Shown here: in pieces, positions 1 to 7,943 of the stretch | How the letters are laid out: each line of letters begins with the position of its first letter | Numbering within the stretch: position 1 is the stretch's first letter | Virus record (IMG/VR): IMGVR_UViG_3300033067_001218 | Location: 1-41,040 of that record | Origin: a virus | Lineage: Duplodnaviria; Caudoviricetes | Direction: 5' to 3' (one strand) | DNA length: 41,040 bases | Notes under the pieces: generated by a model | Told to the model about the DNA's origin: nothing | Seen by the model: the letters and a program-made list of their open reading frames with translations, nothing else | Databases searched by the model: none | Program-made: the position numbers and the translations under genes

Positions 1-195
1 TGCTTCTGCTAATTGCTTTGTAATATCTTCCTTTCGCAAGATAATTGCTGTATATTGGAAGATATGATCTTCTAATACAGGTTCAGTTGCCATTGCGTCA
101 CGCACATCTACCTGTTCAATTACTTTTTCGTTGATTTCGAGAACACCATTGTTCCCATTTTCTTTGATAAAATTGATAATGTCTAAGTGTGTCAT
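1..195 (-). CDS. Partial hypothetical protein, allele A of the 79 aa ORF at 40553-40792
   Basis: ATG at 195; reads MTHLDIINFIKENGNNGVLEINEK...; 16 nt differences and one amino-acid change (T/F) versus 40598-40792; runs off the window edge. Confidence 0.85.
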   Translation of the reverse strand, partial: MTHLDIINFIKENGNNGVLEINEKVIEQVDVRDAMATEPVLEDHIFQYTAIILRKEDITKQLAEA

Positions 196-222
196 TTTTT
201 TAATATAAAAAAAGATAAATAA
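1..222 (+). repeat. Imperfect direct repeat of 40598-40820
   Basis: Manual alignment: first 51 nt identical, ~92% identity over 195 nt. Confidence 0.95.
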
Positions 223-231
223 TAGTTATTA

Positions 232-1434
232 TTACGTGAGTGTTACCGTCTTTGTTACGCCATTTATTCGTATAAATAATCCTGCCGTAGTAGTCCATAC
301 ATCGCCATTTGTAGGAGTTGTAGGAGCTGTGCCATGAGGAATATTAAGAGAAGCAAGAGAGCTAGTAGAAGCAACTGTTACCACTTTCCCATTAAACGTA
401 GCAGTTCCCACATTATTAATAGACAGTCTTACTACTGGCCCCGGCACGCCTGCTTGAGTAGTAAGAAACTCTAAGCGCCCACCAACATCTCCCGTAGCTG
501 GTGTACCTTCTACAATAGCTTGTATGATCGCATTTGCTATAGGTATTGTACCATCTGCCCCAGAGAACAGGATAATACCAGTTCTATCCCCTGTCTGTAC
601 GACTGTATTCGATCCGACGGTAGCACCCCTAGTTCTTCCTAATAATATAGATGGTGCTGTGGTTGCGTTAGATGCATCGTTTACCATCAAACTCATACTT
701 GAAGTATCAAAATTTGTACCTTCCATTTGGAACTGAGAAATTACACCTGATTGAGATCGTCTTGTGAACGTTCCGCCTATATTCACAGGACCATAAAATC
801 GTGCTGTAGTAGTTCCAGTAGCAACACTCATAATGTTTGCCCCATTTGCAGCAGCAAGTGTGAAGTCATCAGTTGATCCGTTTCCGTACATTACCAGACC
901 TAATGCATCAGTATGGTAGACGTATGCATTATTAACTGCTGTCACAAACGCCTTATTACCTCCTAGTAGTAAACTTCCACACCCTACCTCTGCCAAGGGA
1001 CTGATAGAAACTGTATTAGTGATACCTGTAGCATATGCTGCAGAAGTACCAAGATATATATAAGTACCACCTCCCGTTGTTTTGGAAAAAATACCAGCTT
1101 TAGGAACCCCAGGATTATCAGTTGTACTTGACCATATAAGACCTGCTGTAAATCCATCATCTACATATGCGCTTGTTACAAGGTTTCCCGGGATTGTTAA
1201 TCCTGCCGTTATTGTTGCAAGTGTTGCTGTCGCCGTTGTTGCTACTGTAGCAAAGATAGAGCGAATTGACGTATCAAATGAATATCCGGATGCGGCTCCT
1301 GCAAATAATAAAGCATTAGCGGAATGTGTGATGGTCACGTCACCACTTCCCCAGTTAATTACTGTGCCACTAGCTAAGTTCATCGTTCCAGAGAACACCG
1401 GATTATTAACTATACTTCCTTTTTGAGGTCTCAT
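232..1434 (-). CDS. Tail fibre / receptor-binding-like virion protein (C-terminal allele A)
   Basis: 400 aa, G/T/A/S-rich beta-structure-type composition; structural-gene context; C-terminus is variable. Confidence 0.75.
   Translation of the reverse strand: MRPQKGSIVNNPVFSGTMNLASGTVINWGSGDVTITHSANALLFAGAASGYSFDTSIRSIFATVATTATATLATITAGLTIPGNLVTSAYVDDGFTAGLIWSSTTDNPGVPKAGIFSKTTGGGTYIYLGTSAAYATGITNTVSISPLAEVGCGSLLLGGNKAFVTAVNNAYVYHTDALGLVMYGNGSTDDFTLAAANGANIMSVATGTTTARFYGPVNIGGTFTRRSQSGVISQFQMEGTNFDTSSMSLMVNDASNATTAPSILLGRTRGATVGSNTVVQTGDRTGIILFSGADGTIPIANAIIQAIVEGTPATGDVGGRLEFLTTQAGVPGPVVRLSINNVGTATFNGKVVTVASTSSLASLNIPHGTAPTTPTNGDVWTTTAGLFIRINGVTKTVTLT
393..497 (+). repeat. Direct repeat of 40936-41040
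   Basis: 105 nt with one mismatch (420 t / 40963 g); last 77 nt identical. Confidence 0.95.
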
Positions 1435-1442
1435 GATATGTT

Positions 1443-1688
1443 TTAATTGGATGTAAAAATATGGGTATGAAAAGCGTTTTCTATGTTTTGTTGTATCCCT
1501 GTCATATCTATACTTTCTTCTATATATACTTCTATTTCGCCTGTAGACACAATATTTAAGAATCCGTTTACGGTATCTGACGGTATGTTTTTCATAAATT
1601 TCAAACCGCTAGACTCTTCAATTAGAGAAATAATTTCGGATGTATTTGTAGTATCTTCTTCCCGTATTTTAAATTGTAGTTTTTGCAT
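1443..1688 (-). CDS. Hypothetical protein
   Basis: 81 aa ORF tightly packed between fibre-like genes. Confidence 0.7.
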   Translation of the reverse strand: MQKLQFKIREEDTTNTSEIISLIEESSGLKFMKNIPSDTVNGFLNIVSTGEIEVYIEESIDMTGIQQNIENAFHTHIFTSN

Positions 1689-1698
1689 AGTTGTATAA

Positions 1699-2445
1699 TT
1701 AGATAGCAGCCGCTTTCATCTCATAACTGGACACAATCAAGCCGGTTCCAGAACATGCAGTAATATCAAACGCAAGACCGGATCCATATAGCTTATACAA
1801 AGGAGTTCTTGTGAGCACTGTTCCGTGATCAGCTTGTGTAAAAGTAGCACCAAGATTATTTGGCTCTATTGTCGTTGTTGCACCTCCCGAACCTTGTATT
1901 GGCTGTATAGTAAACGTAGTGGTTGTTGTACATTTTAGTACTGCAAATTTCCAAGAACTAATGTATCCGCCAACTTGACCAGCGGCAGAAATTGCAACGG
2001 TAGTTGGTGAAATAAGAGCGGCATCTCCTGCAATCATTCCTCCCATATCAATAGTGATTGTATTACCTGCTCCACTATTCTTTACACGAATTGTAATAGC
2101 ATCACCTTTATTCGTACTAAGCGTAGATGTAATTGCTGCTAAAAGTGTTTCACTTGTTGCTGTAGTTGTTACTGTACCAAGACTAGTACCATCCGTAAAA
2201 TTGTATAGTTCTATAGTTCCAGTTCCCGCATTCACATGTGCAGATACACGACAAGCAACTGCGTTTAATCGTGTGGAAGAAAGTGTTATTCGTGTTTGAC
2301 CGGATAATTCTGCATAGGTGTTACCAGTAACATCCGTATAGGTTTTCCCTACACATGACGTGTCGACTTGAGGGTCTTGCATGGCACAAACGGTGACATC
2401 TGGAGACCCTCCACTTCCTGATCCGCTACCGTTTTGAGGTCTCAT
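1699..2445 (-). CDS. Virion structural / fibre-like protein
   Basis: 248 aa, T/G/S/A-rich; N-terminus MRPQNGS resembles MRPQKGS of the 400 aa fibre and is followed by a GS linker. Confidence 0.65.
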   Translation of the reverse strand: MRPQNGSGSGSGGSPDVTVCAMQDPQVDTSCVGKTYTDVTGNTYAELSGQTRITLSSTRLNAVACRVSAHVNAGTGTIELYNFTDGTSLGTVTTTATSETLLAAITSTLSTNKGDAITIRVKNSGAGNTITIDMGGMIAGDAALISPTTVAISAAGQVGGYISSWKFAVLKCTTTTTFTIQPIQGSGGATTTIEPNNLGATFTQADHGTVLTRTPLYKLYGSGLAFDITACSGTGLIVSSYEMKAAAI

Positions 2446-2469
2446 ATAGTTCCCTATGTTAATATTTTT

Positions 2470-2874
2470 CTAAACAATCGCAGGATCAAGATTTGTTAAA
2501 ATAGCCGCATTTTCTGTTCGTGTACTAATTTTAACTGAGTTTGAAGCATCGGATGTAACTGATTTAATACGAAAATACTTTGTATTAATCCCATCAAAAT
2601 CGACGATATCAGTAGCGTCAATAAAACTAGACGCTCCTGTAGTATTAGTATTTTGACTGTATCCAGCTTTTGTAATATCTACAAAAGTAACCCCGTCTTG
2701 TGATGATTCAAATGTATTTGTTACTCCTCCACTACAAACCAAACTAACAGATACACTATCTACTCCATCCATATCTATTCCTAGATTTGATGCTTCTGTT
2801 GGATAATATAATGTTCCTGCCGCCACGTTAGTAGTATTAACGGCAGTATCCCTGTCACGACTTCTTGCTCCCAT
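2470..2874 (-). CDS. Putative virion protein (small beta-rich, decoration-like)
   Basis: 134 aa, T/S/D-rich, downstream of the capsid gene. Confidence 0.6.
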   Translation of the reverse strand: MGARSRDRDTAVNTTNVAAGTLYYPTEASNLGIDMDGVDSVSVSLVCSGGVTNTFESSQDGVTFVDITKAGYSQNTNTTGASSFIDATDIVDFDGINTKYFRIKSVTSDASNSVKISTRTENAAILTNLDPAIV

Positions 2875-2919
2875 AATAGTGAACTATTAGAAAATACATT
2901 GGTCGTTGTGAATGATAAT

Positions 2920-3111
2920 TTACTCTACTACAATCTCTTCTTTTACTGCGTTTTCAGTAGTTTCTTCCTCCTGTGTCTCTACTGCTACTTCTCCGTCAAC
3001 TTCCTCAACTTTTGTAGTTGTATTCTCTACTTCTGGAACTACATCTTCTTGTGTAACGGGAGTGTCTTCATTCATAAAAGAATTGTTATAATATGCTTGT
3101 ACTTTAAGCAT
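2920..3111 (-). CDS. Small highly acidic hypothetical protein
   Basis: E/V/T-rich ORF filling the gap in the operon; start may be the internal MNEDTP. Confidence 0.6.
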   Translation of the reverse strand: MLKVQAYYNNSFMNEDTPVTQEDVVPEVENTTTKVEEVDGEVAVETQEEETTENAVKEEIVVE

Positions 3112-3139
3112 ATGCTATTTTTATATGAGTGCAACATTT

Positions 3140-3544
3140 TTATATGAAGGCTGAAGGATGAAACCTTTTTATTCTTGCAATGTCCTCTGCTTTTTCTTCA
3201 ATTTTCTCATGAAGAGCTTTTCGTTTCCTAATTTTATGCGCATCCTGACTCGCTTGTATTCTATTATAAATAACGTCAGTACTATGCTTAGACGTATCGT
3301 TTCGATATAACTTCCATAGATCACGCATATCCGGTTCCCTCGCATGCCCTTCATCAATTCCTACCTTTGCTACTACTTCTGCGCACGCTGTGAGATAATC
3401 ATGTTTTCCAGTGCGTTCTTTATGATAGCTAATATAAAAATATCCGTCATTCTTCCACCAACAATACAGTCTTTTATCAAGTAGAAATAACTCTTGTTTG
3501 AACCATCTCGGACATTTAATCATTCCTTCGTAAGGAGGTTTCAT
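3140..3544 (-). CDS. Hypothetical protein
   Basis: ORF track gives 3140-3580; the likelier start is the ATG at 3544 (MKPPYEG), after the terminator and preceded by ACAACGACT. Confidence 0.7.
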   Translation of the reverse strand: MKPPYEGMIKCPRWFKQELFLLDKRLYCWWKNDGYFYISYHKERTGKHDYLTACAEVVAKVGIDEGHAREPDMRDLWKLYRNDTSKHSTDVIYNRIQASQDAHKIRKRKALHEKIEEKAEDIARIKRFHPSAFI

Positions 3545-3577
3545 AGTCGTTGTACTATACAATATATACATACTATA

Positions 3578-3610
3578 CAAAAGACCCCGCTTTTCGGCAA
3601 GGGTCTTTTG
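3578..3610 (-). terminator. Intrinsic terminator after the major capsid gene
   Basis: CAAAAGACCC...GGGTCTTTTG inverted repeat with T-tracts just past the capsid stop. Confidence 0.75.
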
Positions 3611-3629
3611 AGTACTACCTATTCTATTT

Positions 3630-4796
3630 CTAGTGTTGGTTAGTAAGCTTTGCTAAACCTCTTCGCTTTCCGCAAAGAAGATTTCCATAGTACTTCATAG
3701 TTGCCTGGTTCAATGTTGTTCCAGAGAGTGGAAGCAATACACCAGAGATACCACGATCCATAAATTGAAGTGGAGCAAGTTTCTCAAGAGAAATTGCATC
3801 CCAATCTATGAAATACATAGTGTCGATCTGACAGTCAATATCAGCTACTACCGGAATGTTATCAAACATTACAGCCTCTCCAAATCCTCCATCAAGCTTC
3901 ATAGTATTTACGAATCTCTGTGCTGCCACATTAACTCTCTTGTACTTGTTGAAAAGCTCAAAAGAAGTGATGATCTGTGAACATCTTCCGTACTTATCTA
4001 CTTCTGTTTTAGCAGTTCTCATCAAATCCTCCATGATAACAGCATCTGTGTGTGTTACCGCTGTGGAATTTACATAAGATTTCCACCACCAGTTAGTAGA
4101 AGCATTGATTCCTTCAAATGTTGTTGTGAAAGAAGTGTCGTCTGCTGCAAGGAATAGACCGTTCATATCTGCTGAACCATCAGTTTTCACTGCTGTTTCA
4201 TTTGTAGCTACCGTTACTGCCGCTGTTACTGTAAATGTAGTAGCAGAAATTACGTCTACAACTTGTACTGCATCACCGTTAATAGTGAGCTTCTGGTTAG
4301 GAACGATATACTTTACTGAATCTACAGTGATAAGAGTAGAAGTGGAAGAAGCTGCTACTGTAGCAAGTTTTCCAGTTCCATCTCCAAACAACTGTCTATT
4401 CATATCCTTTGCAATATCTTTCTTAAGATTGTCTGTTTCATCTGTAAGAGCAGCAATGATAGCAGCTCGTGTAGAAGAAGACTCTTCAATTGCACGGTCA
4501 TCAATATTGATGTTACCGTAGATATATGCAGCAGCTACTTGGGCTTGAGATCTGTGCTGTCTACCAGCTTGTGGAAGCGTTGTAGCACTCGCAGAAAGAG
4601 AGGCAATACCTTCATTTCTTCCAGTTCGTACTGTTTGGTAGATAACATTGTTTGCAAACCCGTTACGCTTATCCTTTGGAATTTTGTTCAAAAGGTATGT
4701 TTCGTTTTCTAGCTGATTGTCGACCATTGGAGCAATATCCTTTTTAAGGATTTCGCTCAATACTGATGTTAAGACATAGTCTTGTGTATACGCCAT
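3630..4796 (-). CDS. Major capsid protein
   Basis: 388 aa; portal-scaffold-capsid order; HK97-type motifs (KDMNRQLFGDGTG, FDNIPVVADIDC, MKYYGNL); followed by a terminator. Confidence 0.88.
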   Translation of the reverse strand: MAYTQDYVLTSVLSEILKKDIAPMVDNQLENETYLLNKIPKDKRNGFANNVIYQTVRTGRNEGIASLSASATTLPQAGRQHRSQAQVAAAYIYGNINIDDRAIEESSSTRAAIIAALTDETDNLKKDIAKDMNRQLFGDGTGKLATVAASSTSTLITVDSVKYIVPNQKLTINGDAVQVVDVISATTFTVTAAVTVATNETAVKTDGSADMNGLFLAADDTSFTTTFEGINASTNWWWKSYVNSTAVTHTDAVIMEDLMRTAKTEVDKYGRCSQIITSFELFNKYKRVNVAAQRFVNTMKLDGGFGEAVMFDNIPVVADIDCQIDTMYFIDWDAISLEKLAPLQFMDRGISGVLLPLSGTTLNQATMKYYGNLLCGKRRGLAKLTNQH

Positions 4797-4837
4797 GGTA
4801 TAAGATAATTGAGTGTATAAATTGTCTAGTCATTGTT

Positions 4838-5635
4838 TTAGTCCATCATTGCTGCCATTTTCGCTACCATATCAGCTCTAAACTTTGGGTCGTTTACGCC
4901 TGAGTAGACTGGTTTATTCGGAGTTGATGGCACTTTACCTCCGGATTCCGTATATATTTTCTTCTGACCGTGTTTTCTTTGTGCGATTTCGTAGTCAATC
5001 ATTGCTGTCTGATTAATTTCCTTAAATGCACTTACAACATTAGTAGATCCAGTCTCCTGCATATACTTAGTAAGCGCAGATACAGAGTTTTCATCAAACT
5101 TTACATTCCACTTACCAGCAAGATCTTGTACTTCTTTCACTTGATTTTGAAATTTACTTTCAAATTCTTTTTGTTGTGAAGTCTCAGCAAAACGTGCCTT
5201 AAATAATTCGTCCGCTTCAGCTCTAATAGCTTCTTTCATATACGGAGTCATATACTTTGCAGCCTCTTGAAACTGACGTTTTTGCTCTTCATCTAATCCA
5301 GCAAGTGGATCTGAAGTTGTTTCAGCTACTCCATACAGTTTTTTTGCCTCCTCATCACGACGTTTGAGTTCCGCAAGCTCTTGTCTACTTTGCGTATATC
5401 CTTTGTTAAGCTCTTCAAGACTTTTGAGTTTTTGCTCTAATTCTTGAGTTGTGTATTCACGTCCGCCAACATTGATTCCGCTTGGAGTAGTAGATGCCGC
5501 TCCCTCACTTCCTTGCTCGCTTGCTCCAACTTTTGGAGTGCTTGGCGTAGAAGGTGTGTTGTTTTCTCCACTGTCTGAAGTTGCTCCACCCGGAGTAGAC
5601 TGATCATCATAAAATGGATGAAATTTTCTGAACAT
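4838..5635 (-). CDS. Capsid scaffolding protein
   Basis: 265 aa; disordered N-terminus, coiled coil with KGYTQSRQELAE; lies between portal and capsid. Confidence 0.78.
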   Translation of the reverse strand: MFRKFHPFYDDQSTPGGATSDSGENNTPSTPSTPKVGASEQGSEGAASTTPSGINVGGREYTTQELEQKLKSLEELNKGYTQSRQELAELKRRDEEAKKLYGVAETTSDPLAGLDEEQKRQFQEAAKYMTPYMKEAIRAEADELFKARFAETSQQKEFESKFQNQVKEVQDLAGKWNVKFDENSVSALTKYMQETGSTNVVSAFKEINQTAMIDYEIAQRKHGQKKIYTESGGKVPSTPNKPVYSGVNDPKFRADMVAKMAAMMD

Positions 5636-5662
5636 AGTTTTGGTCGTTAAAAATCAAGTGCT

Positions 5663-5778
5663 TTCGTTCATTTACTCTTTCGAGGCGAACGTAGGCTTGC
5701 TTGCGGTGTAAATCACCGTGTCCTTTACAGTATTTTTTCGGTACAACGACCAGGAAGACCCGTACTGTAGAGGACACG
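5663..5778. promoter_or_regulatory. Structured intergenic element (multi-hairpin) between portal and scaffold
   Basis: 16 bp stem 5717-5732/5763-5778 plus CGGTG/CACCG and CGTTC/GAACG hairpins. Confidence 0.6.
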
Positions 5779-5783
5779 ACTAT

Positions 5784-7592
5784 TTACGCTGCACCTATAG
5801 CCGTGGCATGTTGTGTAAGATCAGCAAGTGTTTGTTGTTGTTGTTTAATTCCGTCTAACTGTCCTTGTTGTGCAAGAGCTTGGTCTTGCTGTACTCCTTC
5901 CGTAGCAATCTTAGCAGCAGCAGCTTCTTTTTGCTCAGTCTCCATTCTCTCAATTAGCTCTCTAATATTTCCTATCTTATACGCATCCAAGACAGTCTCT
6001 TTATCAATAAGTCCTGCTTTAAATAACTCCATTGCTTCCGCCTTTGTTTGTAACTCTGAGAATACACCTGCTGTTACTATATTTACCACCACTCCCGGAA
6101 CATCATCAATAATAGTTTCTCCAAACGCCTCATGCTGTGGAACATTTTCTCGTTTTTCATCGAGGTCTGCTCCTTGTACACCTCCAATTCCTCTCACTTT
6201 ATATGCCTTAGTTTCCGTGCTAGTATTCCCAGATATAACACGTGGCTCTGTATAGTTTGCTGCAATCATTTCTAGAACCATAGCGAATAATAGTCCTGCT
6301 GAATACTCTAAATTATCCGTTGGTTCTCCAACTGACTGTACTTGTTGCGCTTCAAGCTGTGAAATAGCTACTCCACTCACATTAGATTTTGCGATTTGTC
6401 CTAAATCAAATGACTGTATTCCTCCTATTTCTCCCATATATCTCTCTGTATTTGCTATTTGAGAGAATACTTCTTGTGGAAGTGGAGATGTATTCATTGG
6501 TTCCGGTCTCTCTCCTGTATATTCTAGTATTTGTCCATGCGCTCCAGTAGATGCAGTCACAATCTTTCCACCTTTCTTATTAAGGTATCTTCCTACTCCC
6601 ATCGTTCCTATATATTCCTCTACAAAAGAATAGAGAGCATCAAGTGCTTTATTAAGACTAATAATATCAGCAAACCAAGGGCGAGTATACGTCTCTCCAA
6701 GACCTTCCTGTGGGTAGAGTAATACAAAAGGGTATTTATCGTAGTCATATTCTTCCTCTCTCACGATAATTTCACCGATATAACTTGTACACTTCATACT
6801 CTCTTCTTTCGTATCTGTTTCATTTACCTTTTCCCATAACTCATGAAGAATAAGTGAATCTTCATCTGCTGTCTTTGCAAATTTAGAAGCAAGAAATCTT
6901 TCTCGGAAGTCAGAGTCAGCCATCTTATTCTCTGATACGCACTCTGAAAGATTTTTATATTTCCCAGTAGATTCTAAATATTTTCTGCTTGTTAAAATAG
7001 ACTTCAATACAAACCTGCTGTCTTGTACCTCTCCTTTACAATCAGGATCAAGCAATATTTCATATGGAGAAAATATCTCTACCTTTACATCATCTTCTTT
7101 TTCACACCAAGAAACTTGCGCAATACCAACACCATAACGGAGTCCATATCGAACCCATCTCTTAAACTTCTGCTTTAGGTTTTGCTTTCTATACACATGT
7201 AAGCATAAATGCTGTTGTACAGATGCTTGTTGACGTGCTGCTGCTATTTCTTCCGGAGCTGCGTTAGGAATAACATCCGGACGTATATTGAACGCAGGCT
7301 CGTTCTTATTAATCATATTTACTACTCCTCTCTCCTTTGAACGTATTAAGTTCACAGTACGTTGTATCTTTCCAGATTTTTGTATTGGAACCGTAAGAAC
7401 TTCTCTTGTAGCCTTATTAAAGACTACGAAATGGTTTCCATCCATCATATAATCTAGCTCCATCCAAAGAGCTTCTTGTTTTACACGAAAGTCTTTTGCA
7501 GCACTTACCATTTTCAACTTCGTCTGACTAACTCGTGCGGGTAACTCACTAGTTGGGTCTTGAACCTTTTCTTCTGTTTTCGTGTAATCCAT
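5784..7592 (-). CDS. Portal protein
   Basis: 602 aa just downstream of TerL; podovirus portal-like motifs (RTVNLIRS, YGVGIAQVSW, FSPYEILLDP, KYPFV, SGVAISQL). Confidence 0.87.
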   Translation of the reverse strand: MDYTKTEEKVQDPTSELPARVSQTKLKMVSAAKDFRVKQEALWMELDYMMDGNHFVVFNKATREVLTVPIQKSGKIQRTVNLIRSKERGVVNMINKNEPAFNIRPDVIPNAAPEEIAAARQQASVQQHLCLHVYRKQNLKQKFKRWVRYGLRYGVGIAQVSWCEKEDDVKVEIFSPYEILLDPDCKGEVQDSRFVLKSILTSRKYLESTGKYKNLSECVSENKMADSDFRERFLASKFAKTADEDSLILHELWEKVNETDTKEESMKCTSYIGEIIVREEEYDYDKYPFVLLYPQEGLGETYTRPWFADIISLNKALDALYSFVEEYIGTMGVGRYLNKKGGKIVTASTGAHGQILEYTGERPEPMNTSPLPQEVFSQIANTERYMGEIGGIQSFDLGQIAKSNVSGVAISQLEAQQVQSVGEPTDNLEYSAGLLFAMVLEMIAANYTEPRVISGNTSTETKAYKVRGIGGVQGADLDEKRENVPQHEAFGETIIDDVPGVVVNIVTAGVFSELQTKAEAMELFKAGLIDKETVLDAYKIGNIRELIERMETEQKEAAAAKIATEGVQQDQALAQQGQLDGIKQQQQTLADLTQHATAIGAA

Positions 7593-7638
7593 TATGGAGC
7601 TTTGTAAAAAAACAATTCTGGTCGTTGTCTTTTACGTA

Positions 7639-7899
7639 CTACTCATCTGTTTGTGGGAGTTCTTGTGCATATCGTATAGTCGCACCTTTTAAGTCTTCTG
7701 GGCTGACATCCTGCATAGACTGGAAGTGTATTTCTTTTTTCTCTTCCTCTTCGGGTGTACCTTCTGTTACTTCTTTGTAAGAAAAAACATCAGGACTCTT
7801 ATTCAAAAGAGCTAGTTGTTTTAGAGTCTCAAGCTGTTTATAATTACGAAACTCTGAACAAATTAGTATGAATATTCCTAAGATTAGTATTTCTACCAT
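7639..7899 (-). CDS. Small protein with N-terminal membrane anchor
   Basis: 86 aa, hydrophobic N-terminus MVEILILGIFILIC. Confidence 0.7.
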   Translation of the reverse strand: MVEILILGIFILICSEFRNYKQLETLKQLALLNKSPDVFSYKEVTEGTPEEEEKKEIHFQSMQDVSPEDLKGATIRYAQELPQTDE

Positions 7900-7943
7900 A
7901 GAGTTGTTGTTATGTACCTAACATAATGTATTTGTAGACATAG

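Noticed and set aside
1-497. Diversity-generating retroelement TR/VR pair, or invertible shufflon, with 40598-41040
   Set aside because: Differences are not adenine-specific and are mostly synonymous; the copies are direct, not inverted; no reverse transcriptase or invertase is present
5701-6255. Long antisense ORFs (also 4105-4521, 30365-30805, 30959-31525 and others)
   Set aside because: Shadow frames opposite well-supported genes, with no motifs
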